This document shows, in pieces, positions 42,561 to 52,462 of a DNA stretch of 64,000 nt. The DNA comes from Methylocystis sp. GTDB lineage: Bacteria; Pseudomonadota; Alphaproteobacteria; Rhizobiales; Beijerinckiaceae. The stretch spans positions 88,855-152,854 of the forward strand of contig PERY01000001.1 of NCBI GenBank assembly GCA_002929055.1, given 5' to 3'. Under the pieces are notes generated by a model. It was not told the DNA's origin and did no database searches. It saw nothing but the letters and a program-made list of their open reading frames with translations. The position numbers and the translations under genes are program-made. Each line of letters starts with the position of its first letter. Within the stretch, counting starts at the first letter, position 1.

Positions 42561-43598
42561 ATGAACGCCCATACGCAAACGCCCGCAATCGCGGCGCCCG
42601 CGCCGCTCGTCGATCCCTTCGGCCGCGCGGTTTCCTATGTGCGCGTCTCGGTGACGGACCGCTGCGACTTCCGCTGCGTCTATTGCATGTCCGAGCACAT
42701 GACCTTCCTGCCGCGCAAGGATCTGCTGACGCTCGAGGAGCTCGACCGTCTCTGCACGGCCTTCGTTTCCCGCGGCACGAAGAAGCTGCGCATCACCGGG
42801 GGCGAGCCGCTGGTGCGCCACGACGTGATGAAGCTCTTTCGCGCTCTCTCGCGCCATCTCGCCTCGGGCGAGCTCGAGGAGCTGACCCTCACCACCAATG
42901 GCTCCCAGCTCGCCCGTTTCGCCGGGGAGCTGGCCGATTGCGGCGTGAAGCGCATCAATGTCTCGCTCGACACGCTCGATCCCGACCGCTTCAAGGCGCT
43001 CACCCGCACGGGCGACCTCGCCCGGGTTCTCGCCGGCGTCGACGCCGCGCTGAAGGCGGGGCTCAAGGTGAAGCTCAACGCAGTGGCGCTCAAAGGCGGG
43101 AACGAAGATGAATTCATTCCGCTCGTGCGCTTTGCGCATGAGCGCGGCATGGACATGACCTTCATCGAGGTGATGCCGCTCGGCGAACTCGAGGGACCGG
43201 CGCGCGTCGATCAATATCTGCCCATGACAGAGGTGCGCGAGAAGCTTGCGCAAGCCTTCACGCTGACGGAGATCGACTATCGCACCGGCGGCCCGGCCCG
43301 CTACATGCGCGCGGAGGAGACCGGCGGGCGCGTCGGCTTCATCACGCCGATGACCCATAATTTCTGCGAGAGCTGCAACCGCGTGCGCGTCACCTGCACC
43401 GGCACTCTGTATATGTGCCTTGGCCAGGAGGACGCCGCCGATCTGCGCGCGCCCTTGCGCGAAAGCGCCGATGACCAGCTTCTGCACGCCGCCATTGAAG
43501 AGGCGATCCGCCGCAAGCCCAAGGGCCACGACTTCATCATCGACCGCGCGACGCAGGCCCCGGCGGTGTCGCGCCATATGAGCATGACGGGCGGTTGA
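42561..43598 (+). CDS. moaA: GTP 3',8-cyclase MoaA
   Basis: [16 protein letters not shown] radical SAM motif, [10 protein letters not shown]-terminal MSMTGG. Confidence 0.97.
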   Translation: MNAHTQTPAIAAPAPLVDPFGRAVSYVRVSVTDRCDFRCVYCMSEHMTFLPRKDLLTLEELDRLCTAFVSRGTKKLRITGGEPLVRHDVMKLFRALSRHLASGELEELTLTTNGSQLARFAGELADCGVKRINVSLDTLDPDRFKALTRTGDLARVLAGVDAALKAGLKVKLNAVALKGGNEDEFIPLVRFAHERGMDMTFIEVMPLGELEGPARVDQYLPMTEVREKLAQAFTLTEIDYRTGGPARYMRAEETGGRVGFITPMTHNFCESCNRVRVTCTGTLYMCLGQEDAADLRAPLRESADDQLLHAAIEEAIRRKPKGHDFIIDRATQAPAVSRHMSMTGG

Positions 43599-43601
43599 TC
43601 C

Positions 43602-44486
43602 GTGACGGAAGTGAAAAACGTCGCCTTTCTCGGCCTCGGCGTCATGGGCTTTCCCATGGCCGGGCATCTCGTCCGCGCCGGCCATAAGGTCACGGTCTAC
43701 AACCGCACGACGGCCAAGGCGGAGCATTTTGCTGCAGTGCAGCATGGCGCAGCAAAATGGGCTCCGACGCCCCGCGAAGCGGCGGAGGGCGCCGACTTCG
43801 TCTTCTCCTGCGTTGGCAATGACGACGATCTCCGCGCAGTGACTTTAGGGGATGACGGCGCCTTCGCCGGCATGACGGCGGGCGCCATTTTCGTCGACCA
43901 CACCACCGCCTCCGCTCAGGTGGCCCGCGAGCTTTACGCCGGGGCGAAGGCGCGCGGCCTCGGCGCCGTCGACGCGCCGATCTCCGGCGGGCAGGCGGGG
44001 GCCGAGAAGGGCGCGCTCACGGTCATGTGCGGTGCGGAGCCCGAAATTTTCGCAAAAGCCGAGCCGGTGATCGCCGCCTATGCCCGCGCCTGCCGGCTGA
44101 TGGGCCCGCCGGGTTCGGGCCAGCTGACCAAAATGGTGAACCAGATCACCATCGCCGGGCTGATCCAGAGCCTCTCGGAGGCGCTGCATTTCGCGAAAAG
44201 CTCCGGCCTCGACGCCGCCGCCGTCATGGACCTGCTGAAAAACGGCGCGGCGCAGTCCTGGCAGATGGAGAACCGCACCGCGACCATGCTGGCGAACGAG
44301 TTCGAGCATGGCTTCGCGGTGGAGTGGATGCGCAAGGATCTCGCCATCTGCCTCGCCGAAGCGCGCCGCAACGGCGCGCGGCTCCCGGTCGCGGCGCTGG
44401 TCGACCAATTCTACGCCGAGGTGGAGGAGATGGGCGGCAAGCGCTGGGACACGTCCAGCCTTTTCGCGCGGCTTGAACGTAAATAG
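43602..44486 (+). CDS. NAD(P)-dependent oxidoreductase, 3-hydroxyisobutyrate dehydrogenase family
   Basis: GLGVMG-PMA, DAPISGGQAGA, KMVNQ, KDL. Confidence 0.9.
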   Translation: MTEVKNVAFLGLGVMGFPMAGHLVRAGHKVTVYNRTTAKAEHFAAVQHGAAKWAPTPREAAEGADFVFSCVGNDDDLRAVTLGDDGAFAGMTAGAIFVDHTTASAQVARELYAGAKARGLGAVDAPISGGQAGAEKGALTVMCGAEPEIFAKAEPVIAAYARACRLMGPPGSGQLTKMVNQITIAGLIQSLSEALHFAKSSGLDAAAVMDLLKNGAAQSWQMENRTATMLANEFEHGFAVEWMRKDLAICLAEARRNGARLPVAALVDQFYAEVEEMGGKRWDTSSLFARLERK

Positions 44487-44698
44487 TTGAATTAAAAACA
44501 AAAATACTAAGGCGCAGCCGACGAAATCGGGCGCAATTGTGGCGCTCCATTTGTAAAAAAACTTTTTTGTGGCGCCCATGCAACCATTTCGTCAGCTCGG
44601 CGTTTCCCTCCCAACAACAAGAGGAGCGCCCGAGGCCGCGCAGCGTCAGACCTGCGCATTGGGAAAAGCCCTGGTTAACCCTGTTGGGAGGGTCTCTT

Positions 44699-45016
44699 AT
44701 GGCCGTTACGCGCGAAAGTCAGATTGCTAGCCGTTCGTCGAAGATTGTTCTTGGTTTGACCGTCGCCTTTGGTCTGTGCGCCGCCGTCGCGGCAGCACCG
44801 TCTGCGCCGACAGGTCTGAAGGAACAATCGACCGCCGCCGTCAAGGCGACAGTCAGCCTCAACGACGATGGGTTGCGTCCGCTCGCGCGTGGACCGGCGA
44901 TCCGGGTGGGACGCGCCTATGGCGCAGAGGACGAAGATTGCACGCTCGTTCTGAAACCAAGCACAGACGAGCGTGGCCGAGTCCGGTACATGCGTAGCGT
45001 AACTTGCGCGAACTGA
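44699..45016 (+). CDS. Hypothetical secreted/membrane-anchored protein
   Basis: GGAGG RBS, hydrophobic N-terminal segment, C-terminal Cys pair (EDEDC ... VTCAN). Confidence 0.6.
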   Translation: MAVTRESQIASRSSKIVLGLTVAFGLCAAVAAAPSAPTGLKEQSTAAVKATVSLNDDGLRPLARGPAIRVGRAYGAEDEDCTLVLKPSTDERGRVRYMRSVTCAN

Positions 45017-45223
45017 CGCCAAGGCGCAGCGTTCCCCGATCGTAAGGTCAAAGGCCGACTTCAAGGCGAAGGCTGCTCGAAAGAGAGCCTCCGCCTTTTG
45101 TTTTTCCCGGGGGCCGTTTTTCTTGTTTCCTGCGGGCTTGGCGCCCCTCGGCGGCGTTGACGCTCTTTGCGCCGCTCCCTACTGTGCCGCGCTTCCCCAC
45201 ATATGATGGTCGCGCTCACCCAC

Positions 45224-46909
45224 ATGTCCGCTCCGCTCAATCTTTCGCCCGAACTTCTCGACGCCGCCCGCGTCTCGCCCGCCTGGCCCTTCGAGGAGGC
45301 GAAGAAGATCGTCAAGCGTATCGAGGCGAGCGGCCAGAAAGATGTGCTCTTCGAAACCGGCTACGGCCCCTCGGGCCTGCCGCATATCGGCACCTTCGGC
45401 GAGGTCGCGCGCACCAGCATGGTGCGCCGCGCCTTCGAGGTGCTGACGGAAGGCAAGATCGCGACGCGGCTTCTCGCCTTTTCCGACGACATGGACGGTT
45501 TGCGCAAGGTTCCCGACAACATCCCCAATAAGGAGCTGGTCGCGGCGCATCTGGGCAAGCCGCTCACACAGGTGCCGGACCCTTTCGGCACGCATGACAG
45601 TTTCGGCGCCCATAACAACGCCCGCCTGCGCGCCTTTCTCGACGCCTTCGGCTTCGACTATGAATTCGCCTCCTCGACGGAATATTACAAGAGCGGGCGC
45701 TTCGACGCGGCGCTCAAGCACATGCTCGCCCATTACGATGCGGTGATGAAGATCATGCTGCCGAGCTTTCGCGAGGAGCGCGCGGCGACCTACTCCCCCT
45801 TCCTGCCCGTCCATCCGCGGACCGGCCTCGTGATGCAGGTGGCGCTCACCGGCTACGACGCCGAGGCCGGCACGATCTCCTGGACCGACCCCGACACGGG
45901 CGAAAAATACACGACGCCGGTCACCGGCGGCCACTGCAAGCTGCAATGGAAGCCCGACTGGGCGATGCGCTGGTATGCGCTGGGCGTCGATTATGAAATG
46001 GCCGGCAAGGATCTCATCGATTCGGTCAAGCTCTCGGGCGCGATCGTACGCGCCCTCGGCGGCAAGCCGCCGGAAGGCTTCAACTACGAACTCTTCCTCG
46101 ACGAGAAGGGCCAGAAGATTTCGAAGTCCAAGGGCAATGGCCTGACGATCGAGGAATGGCTGACCTACGCCAGCCCAGAGTCGCTCGCCCAGTTCATGTT
46201 CCAGAAGCCGACCGCCGCAAAGCGTCTGCATTTCGACGTCATTCCCCGCAATGTCGACGACTATCTGAATTTCCTCGACGCCTATCGGCGGCAGGACTGG
46301 AAGAACCGGCTCGGCAATCCGGTGTGGCACATTCACGCCGGAGACCCGCCGCCGCCCGAGACGCTCGAACATGGCGGCGACGCCAAGGGGACGAGCGTCT
46401 CCTTCTCCATGCTGCTCAATCTCGCGGCCGTCGCCAACGCCGAAGACCCGTCCGTGCTCTGGGGCTTCCTCAAGCGCTATGCGCCCACGGCAAGCCCGGA
46501 AAACAATCCGCGCCTCGACAAGCTCGTGGGCTACGCCGTCGCCTATTTCCGGGATTTCGTGAAGCCGGCGAAGCAGTATCGCGCCGCGGACGAGGTCGAG
46601 CGCCAGGTGCTCGCCAGGATCGACGCAACGCTCGGCGCGCTGCCCGAGGGGGCGAGCGCCGAAGAAATACAGGCGGCGCTCTACGACGTCGGCCGCGCCG
46701 CGCCGCGCTATCAGGACTTCGCCGCCAAGGGCGCGACGCCGGAGCGGCCGGGCGTCTCCAACGACTTCTTCAACATGCTGTATGAGGTGCTGCTCGGCGA
46801 GAAGAAGGGCCCGCGCTTCGGCTCCTTCGTGGCGCTTTATGGGGTCGCGAACGCGCGCAATCTCATCCGGGACGCGCTCGAGGGCGCCTTTCTCAAATCG
46901 GTCGCCTGA
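45224..46909 (+). CDS. lysS: Lysine--tRNA ligase, class I
   Basis: [40 protein letters not shown]. Confidence 0.96.
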   Translation: MSAPLNLSPELLDAARVSPAWPFEEAKKIVKRIEASGQKDVLFETGYGPSGLPHIGTFGEVARTSMVRRAFEVLTEGKIATRLLAFSDDMDGLRKVPDNIPNKELVAAHLGKPLTQVPDPFGTHDSFGAHNNARLRAFLDAFGFDYEFASSTEYYKSGRFDAALKHMLAHYDAVMKIMLPSFREERAATYSPFLPVHPRTGLVMQVALTGYDAEAGTISWTDPDTGEKYTTPVTGGHCKLQWKPDWAMRWYALGVDYEMAGKDLIDSVKLSGAIVRALGGKPPEGFNYELFLDEKGQKISKSKGNGLTIEEWLTYASPESLAQFMFQKPTAAKRLHFDVIPRNVDDYLNFLDAYRRQDWKNRLGNPVWHIHAGDPPPPETLEHGGDAKGTSVSFSMLLNLAAVANAEDPSVLWGFLKRYAPTASPENNPRLDKLVGYAVAYFRDFVKPAKQYRAADEVERQVLARIDATLGALPEGASAEEIQAALYDVGRAAPRYQDFAAKGATPERPGVSNDFFNMLYEVLLGEKKGPRFGSFVALYGVANARNLIRDALEGAFLKSVA

Positions 46910-47457
46910 TGCGCGTCGCGCAGGCCGAAATTCTGATCATTCCGGGCTATCTGGGCTCCGGCCCGGAGCATTGGCAGAGCCGCTGGGAGAAGAAACTCTC
47001 GACGGCAAGACGCGTGGAACAGCGCGACTGGGAGAAGCCCACCCGCGCGGACTGGGAGCAAGCGATTCTCCGCGAGCTGCGGGCCGCGACCCGCCCGGCG
47101 GTGCTTGTGGCGCACTCGCTGGGGGTCATTGCTGCGCTCCATGCTGCGCAGCAATCAGGGGACAGGATCGCCGGCGCCTTCCTCGTCGCGCCGCCTTCCG
47201 AACAGGTGATACGGGAGATGCCGGCGGTGGATGCGGCCTTTCTGCCGATCCCCCGCACGCCGCTTCCCTTCCCCGCGGCGCTCGTGGGCAGCAACGACGA
47301 CCCCTACGCCGATCTGCTGTTTACGCGCGGGCTAGCCGAAGACATCGGCGCGAAATTCATCGACGCGGGCGCGGCGGGCCATATCAACGTCGACAGCGGC
47401 CACGGCCCCTGGCCGGAGGGCTCGCTCGCCTTCGCGCATTTCATGTCGAAGCTGTAG
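46909..47457 (+). CDS. YdeN/RBBP9-like alpha/beta hydrolase
   Basis: HWQSRW, VAHSLG, SNDDPY, AGHIN-DSG-G-W. Confidence 0.9.
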   Translation: MRVAQAEILIIPGYLGSGPEHWQSRWEKKLSTARRVEQRDWEKPTRADWEQAILRELRAATRPAVLVAHSLGVIAALHAAQQSGDRIAGAFLVAPPSEQVIREMPAVDAAFLPIPRTPLPFPAALVGSNDDPYADLLFTRGLAEDIGAKFIDAGAAGHINVDSGHGPWPEGSLAFAHFMSKL

Positions 47458-47466
47458 AGGGCGACA

Positions 47467-48579
47467 ATGCGGCTCATTTTATGCGCAGCAATCCTGCTCT
47501 CAACGTCAGCCCGCGCCGAGCTGCTCAGCTATGAGGAAACGCCCTCGATTGCGAAGGCGACCGTCAGGATCGACGGCAAGGATTACCTTTTCGACACGAA
47601 ATTGCTGCGCACAAAAACCCCTGCGCCGGGCGGCGCGCTTCTCGTCGATCTCGCGCAGTCGGACGATCTTTCCGCGACGGCGGCGTCGCGCGGCATGACG
47701 GTCGCGACGATCGATCTCCGCAGACTGCCGGCGGCGGCCCGCGCCCCGGCGCTGCGCGATCTACTGCCGCGCCTGCGCCAGACAACGGGCGCCAAGCGCG
47801 TGCTGGCGCGCGGCGCGGGCGAGGCGGGAGCGGCGCTGCTCGATGCCGGCGCGCTCTTCGACGGCGTTCTGATCCATCGCGCGGAGCCCTTCGCGGCTCC
47901 TATCGACCCGCGCGGGCCCAAAGTCATCGAGACCTTCGGCTCCGAAGCCTATTGGCGGCCGGGCCTCGCCGCGATCGGGGCTGAGGCCGCGGAGGGCGCC
48001 AACCGGCGCCGTTTCTTCATCGCGGGGACGGCGCAGAGCGGAGAGGCGAATTGCGCGCGCCCGATCAACCCCCGCGCCGCCGCGCCCGCGCTGCGCGCCC
48101 TTCTCGCCGTTCTCGACGACTGGACGAAGGGAACGAAGCCCCCGGCCTCGCGCGCGCCTCGCGTGAATGAAACCGGCCTCGTTTCTGCGAAGGCGATCGT
48201 CTGGCCCAAAGTTCCGGGACTGCCCGCGCCGCCGGCTGATCCTCGCCCTGTTCCCGCCATCGACGTCGACGGCAATGAGACGGCGGGACTGCGCCTGCCG
48301 GATCAGGCCCTGCCGATCGGAACCTTCACCGGCTTTGCTACGCAAAAAGACAAGAACGGCCCGCCCTGTCTCGCGGGCTCGGCCATCCCCTTCGCCTCGA
48401 ACAGGGCGGACCGGGAAAAGACGGGCGACCCCCGGCTTTCGCTCGGCGAACGCTACGGCTCCCGCACATATTTCGTGGGCACCATGCGCGTCGTCGCCGA
48501 CAAGCTGGTCAAGGAGCGGCTGCTGCTGAAAGAGGACGCCGACGCCTATGTGGCGGCGGCGAAACAGGCGCCCTTCTAG
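47467..48579 (+). CDS. Secreted alpha/beta-hydrolase-domain-like protein, apparently shortened
   Basis: Signal peptide; PKVIETFGSEAYW, DVDGNE-AGLRLP, GDPRLSL-ERY, LVKERLLL-EDA; no GxSxG seen. Confidence 0.65.
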   Translation: MRLILCAAILLSTSARAELLSYEETPSIAKATVRIDGKDYLFDTKLLRTKTPAPGGALLVDLAQSDDLSATAASRGMTVATIDLRRLPAAARAPALRDLLPRLRQTTGAKRVLARGAGEAGAALLDAGALFDGVLIHRAEPFAAPIDPRGPKVIETFGSEAYWRPGLAAIGAEAAEGANRRRFFIAGTAQSGEANCARPINPRAAAPALRALLAVLDDWTKGTKPPASRAPRVNETGLVSAKAIVWPKVPGLPAPPADPRPVPAIDVDGNETAGLRLPDQALPIGTFTGFATQKDKNGPPCLAGSAIPFASNRADREKTGDPRLSLGERYGSRTYFVGTMRVVADKLVKERLLLKEDADAYVAAAKQAPF

Positions 48580-49079
48580 TTCAGCATCCATATCCCGACG
48601 TTGAGATAAGTCGCGAAGGCGACCCACATGGCGTAGGGAACGAGCAGCCACGCCGCGACGCGGTCGACGCGCGAGAAGGCCCAGATCGTCGCAAAGATCA
48701 GCGCCTCCAGCGGCAGGATGACCGCGAGGCCCAGCGCCGGGCTGTTCGCTCCGAAGAAGGCGAAGGACCAGCCGCAGTTGAAGACGAGCTGGACTGCGAA
48801 CAGCTGAATGGCGCGTGAGCGGTCCGGCGTCGCCGGATCGAGCCGCAGCACACGATAGAAAGCTACGCCCATCAAGAGGTAAAGGAACGTCCAGGCTGGG
48901 CCGAACACCCAGTTCGGCGGGTTCAGCGGCGGCTTGGCCAGACTCTCGTACCAGGGCGCGATATTGGGGATTGTGGCGACGTTGCCCAGCATCCCGGCGA
49001 GCAGGATCGGTCCGGCGGAAAGCGCCGCGGCGATCGCCGGGCGCGGCCGTTCTTGCGTGATTCGGGCGAATGCGCTCAT
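48576..49079 (-). CDS. tspO: TspO/MBR family protein
   Basis: [34 protein letters not shown]. Confidence 0.92.
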   Translation of the reverse strand: [167 protein letters not shown]

Positions 49080-50116
49080 GCGGCTTCCTCTTTCCCTGTC
49101 GAAGCGTCTCCGCTGGAGACAAGCGCCGCGACCCAGTTCAGGCGCGGTATGCGGCGGCATATCACGACGAGCGCCGAAGTCAGCGGCACGGCGATCAGCG
49201 CTCCGGCGAGGCCCCAGACCCAACTCCAGATGGAGAGTGCAAGGAGCACGGCCATGGGCGACAGCGCAAGGCTCCGCCCCTGCAGCGTCGGCGCGACGAA
49301 GTTGCTCACGGCGATCTGGATGACGGAAAAGCCGGCGAAGACCACAAGCGGTATCGTCCAGCCGCCGAACTGGAGAAGGGCGTAGAGCGCCGGCGGGACG
49401 ATGCCAATGAAGTTGCCCACGACCGGAATGTAGTTGAGCAGGAAATTGAGCAGCCCCCAGACCAGGGCGAGATCCAGCCCGACAAGCCATGACCACAGCA
49501 GGCTTGCGACCCCGGTGATCAGGCTGGTCAATGTTGTGACCCAGATATACTGGCGAATCTTCCCGGCGGTCTCGTCCGCGGCGGCGACGACCTCGCGGGC
49601 GCCCTCCCGCCCGAAAGCGCCGCCGACCTTGTCCCGCAACGCCGAGGCTTCCGGCAGGCCGAAGATGACCAGCAGCGCGACGAAGCCCAGATAGACGATC
49701 AGCGTATATGCGTTGGAGAGCGCCTGCTGGCCCATGTCCATGAGCCTCGAGTAGCCGCCCGCGCCGCCGATCGTGCCGCCCCAGCTTTCCACCCATGCAG
49801 CCGCCTGCCGATATAGCTGCTCGAGCCGGTCCGACTGGCGCGCGAAGGCCTGAACGACCTGCGCCAGGGCGAAGGAGACGGCCCCGGCGAAAGCGGCGAG
49901 GGCCGCAAGAAGCAGCAGCGCGGCGCCGAGGTTGCTCGCCGCTTCCGGGAGGAAGCGATGCAGCCAGGGCTTGGCCGGCCAAATGGCCGCGATGACGACG
50001 GCGGCCGCCGCGAGCGGCATGGTGACCGCGTAAGTCTCACGCAAGGCGAAAAGGACTCCGAGCGCGGCGACGATCGCAAGGAGGCGTGTCTGGACATGAT
50101 CCGCTGGTTCGCCCAT
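49076..50116 (-). CDS. AI-2E family transporter
   Basis: Multi-TM; LNYIPVVG, P-LQGRSL-LSP, WG-AGALIAVPL; ATGA overlap with tspO. Confidence 0.9.
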   Translation of the reverse strand: MGEPADHVQTRLLAIVAALGVLFALRETYAVTMPLAAAAVVIAAIWPAKPWLHRFLPEAASNLGAALLLLAALAAFAGAVSFALAQVVQAFARQSDRLEQLYRQAAAWVESWGGTIGGAGGYSRLMDMGQQALSNAYTLIVYLGFVALLVIFGLPEASALRDKVGGAFGREGAREVVAAADETAGKIRQYIWVTTLTSLITGVASLLWSWLVGLDLALVWGLLNFLLNYIPVVGNFIGIVPPALYALLQFGGWTIPLVVFAGFSVIQIAVSNFVAPTLQGRSLALSPMAVLLALSIWSWVWGLAGALIAVPLTSALVVICRRIPRLNWVAALVSSGDASTGKEEAA

Positions 50117-50165
50117 CCGGGGCCTCCTTCCCGAACGCGGGAAGATCGGACGGGCGCGCGCGTCG

Positions 50166-51356
50166 TCAAGGCCCGAAGGCGCGCATGACAGCATCGAGCC
50201 GCGTGCGGATCGCCTGTGACACGTCGACCTCGAAAACCGGCCGCACAGTCTGTGCGACAGCCTGCGCCGCGCGCCGCATCTCCTGCGACTCGTATGCGTC
50301 CATCAGGACGTCGCCTAGAACCGAGGCTTCCGCCGCCCGGCGCGGCAGGCGGCGCAACACGCCGAGGGACTCGGCTTTGCGGGCGTTGAATTCCTGCTCG
50401 AGATGCTGGGGGGCGGCCGCCTGCGACAGGCCGCAGGCGAGCCCGAGCGCAAGAATGCCATTCTGGGAGGAATGAACGATCATGCGCGAGCGCCGCGCGA
50501 TCTCCTCGACCGGGACCGGGCGGGCCTCAAGCGTCACCCCGGGCGCGCGCGCCAGCTTCTCACGCGCCTGCGCCCCTGCGCCGGGGGCGAAGACGCGCCG
50601 CGGCGCGTCGAGGGACAGAAAGGCGTCGAGAAGGAGTGGGTCGTCGAGTTCGCTCGTCGAGAAATAGGCGAAGATTTCGTCGCCTTCCGAATAGAGCCGC
50701 TGCGGCGCGTCGGCGACCGGGGGAAGATAGGGGGCCGTGCGCGCTTGCGGATAGGGATCGAGCTGCGGCAGGCTGCGCACCAGCTGATCGTCATAAGCGT
50801 AGATGTCCGAGAAGCGGGACACGGGCGGCGCGCCGTAATGAGCGAGGGCGGCGTTGACGGCGCCGGTCATCTCGCTTTCGTCATAGAGCCGCTCGGAATA
50901 GTCCTCGATCAGCACGGGGAAGATGTCGAGGCCCGGCGGCGGCAGGCCATAGCCGGCGCCAACGCCGACCGCTTTCACGCCGAGGCTGCGCGCGGCGAGA
51001 AGCGCGCAGGGGGCGTAGTCTCCGACGACGAGGCCGCATCGGCGCGCGAGGATGGTTTCGCGCCACCAGCCGATCTGGGTCTTCAGAAAGTCGGGGTCGC
51101 GAAAGCCGAGATCGCCGAGAAACTCGCCCCAGCTCGCGGTCTTCACGCCGCGCGCGCGGCGCCCTTCGCCGTCATAGCGAAGCCCGGCGCCGCGGAAGAC
51201 CGTCCCGCAGACATCCTCGATCTCGCCCGCATGCTCCATGCGGTAGAGCGCCGCGTCGATATGTTCGGGCGCGCCCAGCGCCGCCGCCACGGAGCGCAGC
51301 GTGACGACATGGCCGCGTCCGGCGCCGCCCTCCCACGCGAGAAGAACGCGAGGCAT
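50166..51356 (-). CDS. GT-B fold glycosyltransferase-like protein
   Basis: LAWEGGAGRGHV N-terminus, DYAP, P-HLEQ-FNA C-terminal motif. Confidence 0.75.
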   Translation of the reverse strand: MPRVLLAWEGGAGRGHVVTLRSVAAALGAPEHIDAALYRMEHAGEIEDVCGTVFRGAGLRYDGEGRRARGVKTASWGEFLGDLGFRDPDFLKTQIGWWRETILARRCGLVVGDYAPCALLAARSLGVKAVGVGAGYGLPPPGLDIFPVLIEDYSERLYDESEMTGAVNAALAHYGAPPVSRFSDIYAYDDQLVRSLPQLDPYPQARTAPYLPPVADAPQRLYSEGDEIFAYFSTSELDDPLLLDAFLSLDAPRRVFAPGAGAQAREKLARAPGVTLEARPVPVEEIARRSRMIVHSSQNGILALGLACGLSQAAAPQHLEQEFNARKAESLGVLRRLPRRAAEASVLGDVLMDAYESQEMRRAAQAVAQTVRPVFEVDVSQAIRTRLDAVMRAFGP

Positions 51357-51400
51357 GCCGCGCCGGCTCCTTTAGGATAGCGTCGCCAGCCGCGACGCCC

Positions 51401-52354
51401 TCAGGACCCCTGAGGATAGCACGGACCGCAGGGCGGGCATTCCTGCGGCGGGGGCGGCGGGGCGCCGATAACCGGGACGGCGAAGCCGCCCGTGCGCTGC
51501 CCATTCCCGGCGCCGAACATGTCGTCCTTCAGCCAGTTCGGCGGATCGTCCTCGCGGTGGCGCGCGATGAGCGACTTCTCATGCTGACCGAAGTATAGCC
51601 GGAAACCGGCCCAGACGCCCTTGTAGTCGTTCTCGCCGATGCGGCCCTCGACGAAGCCCGCGAGCGCGGCGTTGCCGAGATTCCAGACCAGCGCCTCGCC
51701 GCCCAGGGCGGCGGCGTTGCGGCCGCCGATCAGCCGGTGGCCGACCGACAGCTTGATGTTGTCCGTGACGTAATAGCTGATGTCGACCATGTCGAAGAAG
51801 CGGCCGCGGTTCGGCAGCCAGTTGAAGCCGACCGCATTGGGCGCGAGGAAGACCGGATTGGCGAAGGTCGTGAAGGAGCCTTCCTCGTAGCCGGCTATGC
51901 CCGACACCGTGAAGCGGCCGTAATAGAGCGCGCCCTCGCCGCCGACGCGGAAGCGCGTGTCGTTCAGCCAGTTGTTGCGCACGACCGTTCCATAGGCGCC
52001 GACGAGGCCCAGGCCCGGGTCGCGCCAGAAAAGATGGCCGCCGCCGCCGCCCACGAACGCGCCGCGATGGCTGGCGGCGAGCGCATCGACCTGGACGCCG
52101 AAGCTCTCGCCGAGCGGCGCCGAGACGGACAAGAGGGCGCCGCCCGAGAAGTTGCTCCTGCGCGTCCAGTTGTTGCGCCAGTCGGCCCAGCCGCCGAAGC
52201 CTTCGATCTTGCCGTTGACGCCATCGACGGCGGGGCGGCGCGCGAGAACGGGCGGCGGCGGCGCCTTCGTGACGAGATCCGCCGACTGCGCGCTCGCCGT
52301 GAGAATCACAGTCAGTGCGGTGGCGGCGAGAAGCCTGTGTCGAAGAGCGCCCAT
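51401..52354 (-). CDS. Putative outer membrane beta-barrel protein with Pro/Cys C-terminal tail
   Basis: Signal plus SADL-Pro linker, PAVDGVNGK, HLFWRDP, alternating beta strands, KSLI-RHREDDP, tail PPPPPQECPPCGPC. Confidence 0.72.
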   Translation of the reverse strand: MGALRHRLLAATALTVILTASAQSADLVTKAPPPPVLARRPAVDGVNGKIEGFGGWADWRNNWTRRSNFSGGALLSVSAPLGESFGVQVDALAASHRGAFVGGGGGHLFWRDPGLGLVGAYGTVVRNNWLNDTRFRVGGEGALYYGRFTVSGIAGYEEGSFTTFANPVFLAPNAVGFNWLPNRGRFFDMVDISYYVTDNIKLSVGHRLIGGRNAAALGGEALVWNLGNAALAGFVEGRIGENDYKGVWAGFRLYFGQHEKSLIARHREDDPPNWLKDDMFGAGNGQRTGGFAVPVIGAPPPPPQECPPCGPCYPQGS

Positions 52355-52462
52355 TTGAAACCCCGAATCCCGTGAATTGGTCGCGATCACGTTAGACGAA
52401 GTCTGCTCCCTCGGCTGTGGCGTCGCCGCCACAGCCCCTAAAAACTAATATGTGGATTATGC

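Noticed and set aside
48576-49982. 468-aa ORF suggesting a large TspO fusion
   Set aside because: The upstream part is an alternative frame of the AI-2E gene; real tspO starts at 49079 with an ATGA overlap.
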